A stretch of 64,000 nucleotides of DNA from Chloroflexota bacterium. GTDB lineage: Bacteria > Chloroflexota > UBA11872. Location: contig JAPOYR010000010.1 of NCBI GenBank assembly GCA_026706485.1, positions 145,798 to 209,797 of the forward strand, in the 5' to 3' direction. Below, piece by piece: positions 55,844 to 64,000 of the stretch (within the stretch, counting starts at the first letter, position 1; each line of letters opens with the position of its first letter). Made by a program: the position numbers and the translations under genes. Under the pieces are notes generated by a model. It made no database searches and was not told the DNA's origin. It saw only the letters and a list, made by a program, of their open reading frames with translations.

Positions 55844-57043
55844 TTGCCTACCATGGCGATCACCCCGCCTGGGTCGGCGCCGCCGCACCGGAATAGAGGT
55901 CATACCGTGGAGCAACCGCGAGCCATCGTGCTGGGCACGGGCGTGATCGGGCGCGTGCACATCGACGCCCTGCGCCGCAACAACGTCGACATCGTGAGCG
56001 TGGTGGCGAGCAGCGAGTCGCGGAGCGTCGCCGCCGCGGCCGACTTCGGCGTCCCTCGCGGCGACCCGGACTTGACCACTGCGCTGCGCGAAACCAATCC
56101 GGATGTGGTTCACGTCTGCACGCCCGACACGTTGCACCTCGAACAGGCCAGCGAGGCGCTCGACGCGGGCGCGCACGTCGTGTGCGAGAAGCCTCTCACC
56201 ACCGACGCCGGATCGGCCGGCGAGCTCTACCGGCGCGCGGCGGACTCGGGCCGCGTGCACGCCATCTGCTTCAACAATCGCTTCTACACGCTGGTGCAGG
56301 AGTTGGCCGCCCGCCGGCGGCTGGGCACGCTCGACCGCGTCATGCTCGTCCGGGCCTCAGTCGCCGACGACACGTTCTGGCTCGAAACCGATTGGGACTG
56401 GCGCCTGCTCCCCGAAATGGGCGGCCCCACCATCGTCACCTCGACCACCGGCAGCCACCTGCTCGATCTCACCAGCTTCGTCATCGGCAGCCGCGTCGTC
56501 GAAGTTTGCGCGGATTTCCTCACGGCGCACGATGTCCGCAAACGACCGCGCCCCGACGGGGGGATGGATGACTATCACGCGCCCGGCGAGGATGTCTCGA
56601 ACCTGCTAGTCCACTGGGAAAACGGCGCCCGCGGCGTGCTCTCGTTGTCGCACGTGGCCGTGGGGCATCCCTACCGCATCCGCGTCGAGATCGACGCCAC
56701 GGCCATGGGCGTGAGCTGGGACTCGGAGCGGCCAAACGAGCTCTGGCTCGGACACCGCACCGAGCCCAACGAGATCGTCCTGCCGGACCCGCGGCAAGCC
56801 ACGGAAGAAGGCGGCCGGTTCATGGACAACCCCGGCGCCTACCGCGAGGGCTTCGGCGACACGTTCCGCCTGCTGTTCCGCGAGGTCTACCGCGCCGTCG
56901 CCGACGGCGGTCAGCCCGACGCGCCGACCTACCCGACGTTCCAGGACGGCTACGGCATCCAGATCGTGCACGACGCCGCCCTGCAGAGCTTCCAGGAACG
57001 CCGCTGGGTCGACGTCGACTGGTCGGCATTCGACGGAAGCTAG
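55844..57043 (+). CDS. Gfo/Idh/MocA family oxidoreductase
   Basis: AIVLGTGVIGRVHIDAL Rossmann fold and the CEKPLT motif. The true start may be an internal GTG near 55906 (VEQPRAIVLG). Confidence 0.7.
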   Translation: MPTMAITPPGSAPPHRNRGHTVEQPRAIVLGTGVIGRVHIDALRRNNVDIVSVVASSESRSVAAAADFGVPRGDPDLTTALRETNPDVVHVCTPDTLHLEQASEALDAGAHVVCEKPLTTDAGSAGELYRRAADSGRVHAICFNNRFYTLVQELAARRRLGTLDRVMLVRASVADDTFWLETDWDWRLLPEMGGPTIVTSTTGSHLLDLTSFVIGSRVVEVCADFLTAHDVRKRPRPDGGMDDYHAPGEDVSNLLVHWENGARGVLSLSHVAVGHPYRIRVEIDATAMGVSWDSERPNELWLGHRTEPNEIVLPDPRQATEEGGRFMDNPGAYREGFGDTFRLLFREVYRAVADGGQPDAPTYPTFQDGYGIQIVHDAALQSFQERRWVDVDWSAFDGS

Positions 57044-57070
57044 ACCCGGACGGAGGCCCCTGCGCAACCG

Positions 57071-57130
57071 GCCCGTCATTCCCGCGAAGGCGGGAATCCA
57101 CCCCTCATTGAACCTGGGGGCGCGCCGGAC
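57071..57130. repeat. palindromic repeat element, copy 2 (core ATTCCCGCGAAGGCGGGAAT at 57078..57097)
   Basis: Identical core and flanks (gtcattcccgcgaaggcgggaatccaccc.tc.ttgaa.ctggg) to copies 1 and 3. Confidence 0.7.
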
Positions 57131-57149
57131 GCTCAGCGTCGGTAGGGGC

Positions 57150-57245
57150 CGGTTTCCAACCGGCCCGTCCGCGGGCGCCAATCGCCCGGCGGGCATCCAC
57201 GCCATCCCGACGGGCGGGTCTCCGACCCGCCCCTACCGGAGTTTG
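57150..57245. repeat. cluster of nested GC-rich inverted repeats in a convergent intergenic region
   Basis: Palindromes ggccggtt-tcc-aaccggcc, cgggcgcc-aat-cgcccg and gggcgggtc-tcc-gacccgccc are enclosed by ggtaggggc...gcccctacc. Confidence 0.5.
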
Positions 57246-57280
57246 CAGGGGACTCCGAAGACGGGAATTCAGCAGCCGCC

Positions 57281-58267
57281 CTACTCCGGCTCGAACAACG
57301 ACTTGGGCGGCTCGCCCCGAAGCACCCGCGCGACCTCCGCCGCGGCCTCGCGGCGCAGGATGCGAATCGACGTCCGCGAATAAAAGCCGCTATGCGGCGT
57401 GATGATGACGTTGGGCGCCTCCCGCAGCGGTGAGTCCATCGGCAGCGGCTCTTCTTCCATCACGTCCAGGCCCGCGCCGGCGATCCGCCCGTCCTTGAGC
57501 GCCCGCGCCAGCGCGGCGTTGTCGACGACCGCCCCGCGGGCCGTGTTGATCAAGAACACGCTGGGCTTCATCAAGTCGATCTCGGCCTCACCGATCAGGT
57601 GGTGCGTCTGCGCCCGCAACGGCGTGTGCACCGACACGAAGTCGGATTGCCGCAAGAGATCGTCCAGCGGCACACGCTCGACTTGCGACGCCTCGAATGC
57701 GGAATCCGGCGCACGCGGCGAGTGCCCGATCGCCCGCAATCCAAAGGCCCGCGCCCGCGCCGCCACGGCCTGCGCCGTCTGCCCCAGTCCGATCAGCCCA
57801 AGCGTCTGCCCCTCGACGCGCTCCATCCGCTCGGGAACACCGCCGCTGGCGTCCCAGACTCCGGCGCGCACGTCGTCGTTGTAGACCACGATGTGGCGGG
57901 CCAGGGCTAGCAGAAAACCCATCGTGTGGTCCGCGACCTCGCCGACCTGGTAGTCGCGCACGTTGCAGACCACGATGCCCTTGGCCGTCGCCGCCGCCAC
58001 GTCGATCGGGTCCATGCCGGTGCCGTAGCGCACGATCACCTTGCAGCGCTCCAGGGCATCCACGACGCGTGCCGTGATTGGCGCGTACTGTTCGAGCAAA
58101 CCGTCGGCGTCGGCCACCTTCTCGATCAGCGCGTCTTCCGTGAAGCATTGCTCCACGACCAGCTCGGCGCCGATGGGATCGAGCTCGGCCTGCTCGATCA
58201 CCGGCGGCATCTCGAAATCGCAGTCGGTGATCACGACCCGGAAGCGGGGCTCGGTCATTGGCGCCAT
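57281..58267 (-). CDS. D-isomer-specific 2-hydroxyacid dehydrogenase (second copy)
   Basis: GLIGLGQTAQAVA NAD-binding motif and the 2-HADH catalytic domain. 328 aa. Confidence 0.8.
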   Translation of the reverse strand: MAPMTEPRFRVVITDCDFEMPPVIEQAELDPIGAELVVEQCFTEDALIEKVADADGLLEQYAPITARVVDALERCKVIVRYGTGMDPIDVAAATAKGIVVCNVRDYQVGEVADHTMGFLLALARHIVVYNDDVRAGVWDASGGVPERMERVEGQTLGLIGLGQTAQAVAARARAFGLRAIGHSPRAPDSAFEASQVERVPLDDLLRQSDFVSVHTPLRAQTHHLIGEAEIDLMKPSVFLINTARGAVVDNAALARALKDGRIAGAGLDVMEEEPLPMDSPLREAPNVIITPHSGFYSRTSIRILRREAAAEVARVLRGEPPKSLFEPE

Positions 58268-58316
58268 CCAATCACGGGGCAGTCACCACGCCTGAGCGCG
58301 GACCAACGTCGCCTGG

Positions 58317-58985
58317 CTACAGAATGCCGTATTCCTTGAAGACCTCGCCCACGTCGCGACCGGTCGCCAGAATCTCGCGCACGTTGGATTCACCCCGTCC
58401 CTTGGCCTCGGCGCGGTCCAGCACTTCGGCCGCGGCCTCGCCCGGAACTACCACGACGCCCATGTCGTCGCCGACGATCACGTCGCCGTATTCAACCCGC
58501 GCCCCGGCGCAGTCGATGGGCTGGCCCCACTCGATGCCCTCGCAACGGCCCTCGGAGTCAACCGCACTTTGGCCGACCGCGAACACCGGAAAGTCGATCT
58601 CCTCGATCTCATGCACGTCGCGAGTCAAGCCGTCGATCACGCAGCCCACCGCGCCCCGCGTCTGCGCCGAGGTGCTCAGCAGGCCGCCCCACACGCCCGA
58701 CTCGTAGTGGCCCGTCGTGGTGATGACCAGCACGTCGTTGGGCCGCATGGCGCGAAACGCCTCGAACAGCACCTCGTACGGTTCGTCCGGCGGCCGGTAG
58801 ACCGCCGTCTGCAAAAGCGGCAGCGCCCGGCCCACGATGCGGGCGCCCGGATACATCGGGCGCACGTCGTGCCGCATGGCTTGCACCGGCACGCCCATGC
58901 GGTCGAGGCTGTCGGCGATCAGGGCGGAGTGCAGCGCCTGGAATCGCTGCCGCGTGGCATCGTCGAACTCGGGCGCCTGGCTCAT
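58317..58985 (-). CDS. RraA-family protein (RNase E regulator RraA / 4-hydroxy-4-methyl-2-oxoglutarate aldolase-like)
   Basis: RraA/MenG-like fold motifs (GDVLVITTTG, VIDGLTRD). Its start overlaps the hyuB2 stop by 4 bp. Confidence 0.7.
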   Translation of the reverse strand: MSQAPEFDDATRQRFQALHSALIADSLDRMGVPVQAMRHDVRPMYPGARIVGRALPLLQTAVYRPPDEPYEVLFEAFRAMRPNDVLVITTTGHYESGVWGGLLSTSAQTRGAVGCVIDGLTRDVHEIEEIDFPVFAVGQSAVDSEGRCEGIEWGQPIDCAGARVEYGDVIVGDDMGVVVVPGEAAAEVLDRAEAKGRGESNVREILATGRDVGEVFKEYGIL

Positions 58986-60784
58986 TCCGCGGCTCCATTG
59001 GCAGTGCGGCGCTGGTCCGTTTCGACGAGCTCGGCGCGGCCAGCCGCCACGTTGACGGCCACACCGTACATTTCACGGGCATCCTCGGGTTCGAGCAGCA
59101 AATCCCGTACGTCTTCGAGCACCAGCGCCGGGTCACGCTCACGCGGATCGCCGTAGCCGCCTCCGCCGGGCGTGCGCAACAGGATCTGGTCGCCGATGTC
59201 AAGCACGACGTTCGAGAACTTTCCATCGGAGATGGTGTCGAACATCTCGCGAGCCGTCCGCCACTCGGTTTCCCCGGCGCGTCGGAAAAGCAGCGCCGTC
59301 GTGCCGCCCTCCGCCCCACCGTGCAATCCCCACGGCCGGTTGGACGTGCGGTTGAGATGCGCGCTCACGGTGATCGGCAAGAGGCAGGTCCAGGTGCGTT
59401 GCACGCCATGGCCGCCGCGATAGGCCCCCGCGCCCGCGCCGCCCTCGGCAATCGAGTACTCGTCCAATCGCACCGGGTAGCGCGTCTCCCACACTTCGCA
59501 CGGCGCGTTGAGGCAGTTGCCGTTCTTCACGATCTGAGCGTCGTTGCCGTCGGCGTCGCGCCGGCCGCCCCAGCCCATGCCCTCGTGATGCAGGATGACG
59601 AAGGGTTCGCCCGTGTCGATGTTCGTGCCGTAGAACCCCAGCAGGCCGCAGGTGCCGCCGTCCGCCGCCGAGCTGCGATCGCTGGCCTGTGCGAAGGCGG
59701 CCAAAAGGATGTCCACCGTCGTGGGATAGGTATCGGAGTTCCCGCCCACGCACGAGCCGGGATAGTTCACATTCACGATTGACCCCGGCGGCGCCACGAT
59801 GGCAATGGGCCGGTAGGCGCCGTGATTCCACGGAATGGCGTTGTCGATCATGTGGAAGATGCCGGCATAGGTCGCCGACGCCGTGGTGCCGAACGACTGG
59901 TTGATCGCCCCGGCCGCCTGCGGGTCCGACCCGGTGTAGTCGACGATCACCTCGTCGCCGCGGATCACCACCGTGGCCCGGATTTTCCAGGGACGATCGG
60001 GAATCACGCCGTCGTCCTCCAGGAAGCCCTCGGCGGTGTAGGCGCCATCCGGCAGCCGGTCGAGCGCCTGGCGCATCAGCACTTCCGACACATCCTTGAT
60101 CTGGCCCGAAAGCTCGCGAAATCGCTCGACGCCAAGCTTCTCCACCAGGCCCACGATGCGGCGTTCGGCCAGGTAGGTCGAGCCCACCATCGCCATCAGG
60201 TCGCCGCGCGAGACCTTGGGCGTGCGCACGTTCGACGTGATGATGGCGAAGATATCTTCGACCGGCTCGTCGTCCTGGTAGATCTTGATCGGCGGCAGCC
60301 GCAGGCCCTCCTGGAAGATGTTGCGCGTGTCGCCAAAGGCCGCCGGCACCATGCCGCCGATATCCGTCATGTGCGCGATGTTGGCCGCGTAGGCCACCAC
60401 CGCGCCCTCGTAGAAGCAGGGCTTCAACGTCATGAACTCGGGCAGGTGACAGCCGCCGCGATAGGGGTCGTTGTGGAGGATCACGTCGCCCGGGTGCATG
60501 TTGTCCGGCCCGACCTCTTTGATCGCCCACTCGACGGTGTGCACGATGGCGCCGATGTGCGCCGGGCAGAAGTCGCCCTGCGCGATCATCTCGCCCTGTG
60601 CGTCGAAGACGACGCACGAGAAGTCGCGCGCCTCGTTGAACATGGTCGAGTAGGAGGTGCGCAGCATGGCTACGCCCATCTCCTCGCAGATGCCCACCAG
60701 GCTGTTGCGTGTGACCTCCAGCTCCACCGGATCGTCGATGTGCAGGTCGGCGACGCTGCGTTTCGGATCGGTATCTCGGGCCAT
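58982..60784 (-). CDS. hydantoinase B/oxoprolinase-family protein (second copy, no zinc-ribbon tail, no adjacent HyuA)
   Basis: 600 aa, clearly paralogous to 49633..51681 (for example DFSCVVFD, HNDPYRGGCHLPE). Confidence 0.8.
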   Translation of the reverse strand: MARDTDPKRSVADLHIDDPVELEVTRNSLVGICEEMGVAMLRTSYSTMFNEARDFSCVVFDAQGEMIAQGDFCPAHIGAIVHTVEWAIKEVGPDNMHPGDVILHNDPYRGGCHLPEFMTLKPCFYEGAVVAYAANIAHMTDIGGMVPAAFGDTRNIFQEGLRLPPIKIYQDDEPVEDIFAIITSNVRTPKVSRGDLMAMVGSTYLAERRIVGLVEKLGVERFRELSGQIKDVSEVLMRQALDRLPDGAYTAEGFLEDDGVIPDRPWKIRATVVIRGDEVIVDYTGSDPQAAGAINQSFGTTASATYAGIFHMIDNAIPWNHGAYRPIAIVAPPGSIVNVNYPGSCVGGNSDTYPTTVDILLAAFAQASDRSSAADGGTCGLLGFYGTNIDTGEPFVILHHEGMGWGGRRDADGNDAQIVKNGNCLNAPCEVWETRYPVRLDEYSIAEGGAGAGAYRGGHGVQRTWTCLLPITVSAHLNRTSNRPWGLHGGAEGGTTALLFRRAGETEWRTAREMFDTISDGKFSNVVLDIGDQILLRTPGGGGYGDPRERDPALVLEDVRDLLLEPEDAREMYGVAVNVAAGRAELVETDQRRTANGAAE

Positions 60785-60888
60785 GCGACCACCGTGGGCT
60801 GGCGACGGGACACTCCCGCCACCTCGGTATCATAAGGTCCCCGCCGCGCCGCCACGCCGAGCCGGCGCCCCTGAAGCGAGGCCGCCAG

Positions 60889-61224
60889 ATGCGAACCGCC
60901 CAAGAGGTGTTCGACCATCACTGGGACGCGATTATGGCCGGCGACATGGATCGCCTGCTTTCCGACTACGCCGACGACGCGCTGTTCGTGCGACCGGGTC
61001 AGGTGGCCCAGGGACACGCGGAGATCACCGCGTTCTTCGAAGACATCGGCGGCGCGCTGGACGGTTTCGCCGTCGAGCAGGTGTCCGTGACCACCGCCGA
61101 GCCGATCGTGGTGCTGGAATGGCAGGGCGGTCACGCCGACGGCCGCAGCGCGTCGGGCACCGACACCTTCATCATCGAAGACGACAAGATTCGGCACCAA
61201 ACGCTCGTCTTCAGCGTGAGCTAG
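60889..61224 (+). CDS. nuclear transport factor 2 (SnoaL-like/DUF4440) family protein
   Basis: 111 aa with an NTF2-like pattern (VFDHHWDAIMAGDMDRLLSDYADDALFV). Confidence 0.55.
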   Translation: MRTAQEVFDHHWDAIMAGDMDRLLSDYADDALFVRPGQVAQGHAEITAFFEDIGGALDGFAVEQVSVTTAEPIVVLEWQGGHADGRSASGTDTFIIEDDKIRHQTLVFSVS

Positions 61225-61270
61225 CTGCACTGGACGACGCCCAAGCAGTCATTACGGAGGTCCTAATCCC

Positions 61271-62011
61271 ATGAAATCGGTCCAGATCGACTTTCTCGGC
61301 CACGCGTCGTTCCGCTTCACGGCCCCGACCGGCGAGGTCATCTACTTCGATCCCTGGCTCGACGACAACCCCGTCTGCTCGGAGGGCTTGGCCGACGTCG
61401 ACCGCGCCGACGTGGTGTGCGTGTCGCACGGACACGTCGACCACCTCGGCGACGCCATCGCCATCGTCCAGAAGACCGGCGCCACCCTGATCGGCAGCCC
61501 GGAGGTGGCCGGCTACGCCGACACCCACGGCATCGGCTTCGACACCGACTCCTGCCCCCTCAACATCGGCGGCACCGCCAAGCTGGGCGGCGTGGCCTAC
61601 ACCATGGTGCGCGCCGACCACTCCACCGGCATGCACGGCCAGGCCTATCGCGAAGGCGCCGTATACGCGGAGCCCGACGGCAGCGTCTGCGGCTTCGTGC
61701 TGACCTTCGACGACGGGCCGGTGATCTACGACACCGCCGACACCGGCGTCTTCGGCGACATGGCGCTCATCAGCCAGCTCTACGCGCCCGACCTGGTGAT
61801 CATGCCGGCCGGCGGCAAGTACACCATGGGTGTCAAGGAAGCGGCCATGGCCGCCGCGCTGACGCGCCCGCGCGCCGTCATCCCCTGCCACTACGACACG
61901 TTCCCCAACCAGGCGGCGGATATCGACGACCTGCGGCGGCGCATCGCGGACCTGACACCCCGTACGAGCGTCATCGAGCTCAAGCCGGGCGAGTCCGTCA
62001 GCTACCCGTAG
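61271..62011 (+). CDS. MBL-fold metal-dependent hydrolase (UPF0173 family)
   Basis: HxHxDH motif (VSHGHVDHLG) and the overall UPF0173 pattern. 246 aa. Confidence 0.75.
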   Translation: MKSVQIDFLGHASFRFTAPTGEVIYFDPWLDDNPVCSEGLADVDRADVVCVSHGHVDHLGDAIAIVQKTGATLIGSPEVAGYADTHGIGFDTDSCPLNIGGTAKLGGVAYTMVRADHSTGMHGQAYREGAVYAEPDGSVCGFVLTFDDGPVIYDTADTGVFGDMALISQLYAPDLVIMPAGGKYTMGVKEAAMAAALTRPRAVIPCHYDTFPNQAADIDDLRRRIADLTPRTSVIELKPGESVSYP

Positions 62012-62021
62012 CCCCACCGCA

Positions 62022-63179
62022 GTGAAGATCGCCAGCGTCCAAGCGGTCGCCCTCGATTTCGGTGAGCGGCGCGCCACGAGCAAGCCCCGCGCGTCGTGGA
62101 CGGAGGACGCGCGCGTGGGCTCGCCCATGGCCCGCTATCCGCGCTACGCGGAGGTGCGATCGAGCTGGACGCCGAACTGGCCCGGCGTGGGCGTGGTCGT
62201 CACCGCCGAGGACGGCACACAGGGCCTGGGAATTGGCGCGCTCGGCCGGCCCATGGCCGCCCTGGTGGACGACTATCTCGGCCCGCGCATCGTCGGCGAG
62301 CCGGCGCTGGCGACGGAGCGCATCTACGACATGATGCTGCGGCTGTGCTCGCCCTTCGGCGCCACGGGACTGGCCTCGTACGCGGTGAGCGCCATCGATC
62401 TCGCGCTGTGGGACCTCAAGGGCAAGGTGCTGGATCGACCGGTCTACGAGCTGATGGGCGGCCCCGCGCGCGACGAAATCGTCTGCTACGCCACCGGGCC
62501 GCAGCACGAGTGGCACTTGGAGCTTGGGTTCACCGCCACCAAGCACCCCTGCCGCTACGGCCCGCCGGACGGCCTGGACGGCCTGCGCCACAACGTCGAC
62601 GACATCGCCGCCCTGAGGGATCTCGTCGGCCCCGACGTCGAGCTGATGCTCGATTGCTGGATGTCCCTCGACGTGGAGTACGCCGTGCGCCTGATCGAGG
62701 AGCTGCGGCCGTTCAAGCTCAAGTGGATCGAGGAAGTGCTGCGGTCCGAGGACATGGACAGCCACGCCGCGCTGCGCGAGCGCGTGCCCTGGCAGACGCT
62801 CGCCACCGGCGAGCACTGGTATACCCCGACGCCGTTCCAGCACGCCGCCAGCCGCCGCCTGGTCGACATCCTGCAGCCCGACATCATGTGGGTGGGCGGC
62901 ATCACGGCCCTGATGCGCATCTGCGCCATCGCCGACGCGGCCGGACTCGCGGTCATCCCCCACGCCGGCGTCAACGAGCCCTACGGCCAGCATGCCTGCT
63001 GCGCGCTGCCCGGCATTCCCTGGGGCGAGTATTTCGTCGCCTCCGGCCCCGGAACCGACCTCGCCGACGCCGTCTCGGTCCCCGGCGCGTCCCACCCCGT
63101 CAACGGCCGCCTGCGCCCCTCCGACGCCCCCGGATTCGGCATCGAAATCGACCTTGCGACGCTGCAACCCTACGGCTAG
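62022..63179 (+). CDS. enolase-superfamily protein (mandelate racemase/muconate lactonizing enzyme family), second copy
   Basis: MR/MLE capping domain plus barrel (DLALWDLKGK, MLDCWMS, IEEVLRSED). 385 aa. Confidence 0.75.
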   Translation: MKIASVQAVALDFGERRATSKPRASWTEDARVGSPMARYPRYAEVRSSWTPNWPGVGVVVTAEDGTQGLGIGALGRPMAALVDDYLGPRIVGEPALATERIYDMMLRLCSPFGATGLASYAVSAIDLALWDLKGKVLDRPVYELMGGPARDEIVCYATGPQHEWHLELGFTATKHPCRYGPPDGLDGLRHNVDDIAALRDLVGPDVELMLDCWMSLDVEYAVRLIEELRPFKLKWIEEVLRSEDMDSHAALRERVPWQTLATGEHWYTPTPFQHAASRRLVDILQPDIMWVGGITALMRICAIADAAGLAVIPHAGVNEPYGQHACCALPGIPWGEYFVASGPGTDLADAVSVPGASHPVNGRLRPSDAPGFGIEIDLATLQPYG

Positions 63180-63189
63180 CCGTTCGGTT

Positions 63190-63210
63190 CCCTCTCCCTT
63201 GGGGAGAGGG
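63190..63210 (+). terminator. perfect 9-bp stem / 3-nt loop hairpin (CCCTCTCCC-TTG-GGGAGAGGG) 11 nt after the enolase-family stop
   Basis: Palindrome read directly from the sequence. There is no following T-tract, so calling it an intrinsic terminator is tentative. Confidence 0.4.
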
Positions 63211-63225
63211 TCAGGGTGAGGGGGT

Positions 63226-63330
63226 CCGTCACTCCCGCGAAGGCGGGAATCCACCCTTCGGCAATCCCGGGCACGCATGGGATTCGCACGGTCATCCTTC
63301 GCCTCACCGCGTCTTGCAAGAGACTCACAT
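63226..63330. repeat. palindromic repeat element, copy 3 (variant core ACTCCCGCGAAGGCGGGAAT at 63231..63250)
   Basis: Over ~100 bp the element matches copy 1 (gtcaYtcccgcgaaggcgggaatccacccttcg..aatc.ggg...gcacggtcatcc....c...tcttgcaa). Confidence 0.7.
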
Positions 63331-63554
63331 GGGAGAACGCGACGGTGAGCAGGTCCGGTGGCCCGCGCTGCGTGCAGCGTGGGACGGCCGCGGCTGAATC
63401 TCCCAGGCTGCGCGCAGCCTGGGCCACCGGGCAGGGCTGCACGTACAAGACCCATTTCCGAGGAGGGGCGCCCCGTGTAAGCGCCCTTCCTTTCGCCGTC
63501 CCGGCCCGCTGGTAGGCTCGCCGCAGCACCGCGCGTCGTCCATCGGAGGACTCC

Positions 63555-64000
63555 TTGCAACGTCAACCCGCCGTCGTGGTCCAGGGCCTGGAAAAGACCT
63601 ATCCCGGCGGTACCCGCGCCATCGACGGCATTGATTTCACCGTCGAGCAGGGCGAGTTCTTCGGCTTCCTCGGACCCAACGGCGCCGGCAAGACCACCAC
63701 CATCAAGATCCTGGCCACGCTGCTGCCCAAGAGCGCCGGCCGCGTCCACGTCGCCGGTATCGACGTCGACCGGGACGCGCGTGGCGTCCGGGCATCCATC
63801 GGCGTCGCCCTGCAAGAGGTCGGCCTGGACGATCTTTCGAAGGGACGCGACTTCCTGGTCTTGCAGGGGCGCCTCTACGGCGTCGGGCGCGCCGAGGCCA
63901 ACCGCCGCGCCGATGAGCTGCTGGAGCTGGTAGGACTCTCGGGCGTCGGGAAGCGCAAGATCGGTTCCTACTCCGGCGGCATGCGGCGCCGCATCGACCT
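63555..64000 (+). CDS. ABC transporter ATP-binding protein (ABC-2/DrrA-like), 3'-truncated by window edge
   Basis: TTG start 5 nt after GGAGGA. Walker A GPNGAGKTT and an incomplete signature (YSGGMRRR, departing from the usual LSGG) are present. Confidence 0.75.
   Translation, partial: MQRQPAVVVQGLEKTYPGGTRAIDGIDFTVEQGEFFGFLGPNGAGKTTTIKILATLLPKSAGRVHVAGIDVDRDARGVRASIGVALQEVGLDDLSKGRDFLVLQGRLYGVGRAEANRRADELLELVGLSGVGKRKIGSYSGGMRRRID

Noticed and set aside
63599-63933. Short ORFs (63599..63799 -, 63631..63933 +) at the window end
   Set aside because: They are out of frame with or antisense to the ABC ATP-binding gene starting at TTG 63555, which contains a clear Walker A motif.
1-64000. CRISPR arrays, rRNA genes, integrases/transposases, prophage blocks
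   Set aside because: I looked for evenly spaced direct repeats with unique spacers, rRNA-like conserved blocks and recombinase motifs and found none. The only tandem repeats are the 60-bp coding array, the ~270-bp duplication and the dispersed palindromic elements.

Overview
This is a 64 kb high-GC (roughly 65-70%) bacterial chromosomal segment, densely coding on both strands. I cannot assign the organism from sequence alone. Housekeeping genes (recO, glyQS, gnd, uvrC, aspS, infC, nadC, rarA, ogt, tRNA-Gly) are mixed with accessory metabolic genes. At the 5' end sit three tandem CNNM/CorC/HlyC-type (DUF21-CBS-CorC) paralogs, followed by recO, glyQS and a CDP-alcohol phosphatidyltransferase. 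Next come a lipoprotein, two Gfo/Idh/MocA oxidoreductases flanking an HDAC-family deacetylase, an ArsB/NhaD permease and a GH29 alpha-L-fucosidase. A secreted Pro/Ala/Thr-rich protein carries five tandem 60-bp coding repeats, and a lower-GC vapBC toxin-antitoxin pair follows it. The window also holds a heterodimeric ABC exporter pair, an AI-2E transporter, an HtrA-like protease and a BNR/Asp-box beta-propeller protein. A large carbohydrate/amide catabolic region contains four paralogous xylose-isomerase-like TIM-barrel genes, two enolase-superfamily dehydratases and two D-2-hydroxyacid dehydrogenases. It also contains a hydantoinase A/B pair whose B subunit has a C-terminal Cys4 zinc-ribbon-like extension and is translationally coupled to orphan OppD/OppF-type ABC ATPases, plus a second orphan hydantoinase-B next to an RraA-family gene. 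Other notable items are a large PP2C-like/two-TM/beta-propeller membrane protein, a lipoprotein whose signal peptide is out of frame with its PD40 beta-propeller plus plant-type LRR body, and a ~270-bp tandem duplication between gnd and an acetamidase/formamidase gene that carries a pseudo-copy of that gene's 3' end. A short palindromic intergenic repeat family (ATTCCC-N8-GGGAAT core) is present in at least three copies. Several genes, including uvrC, infC, a metallophosphoesterase and an ABC exporter, have conserved N-terminal motifs upstream of the first ATG/GTG/TTG, which suggests CTG/ATT initiation. No CRISPR array, rRNA or obvious phage or transposase genes were seen.
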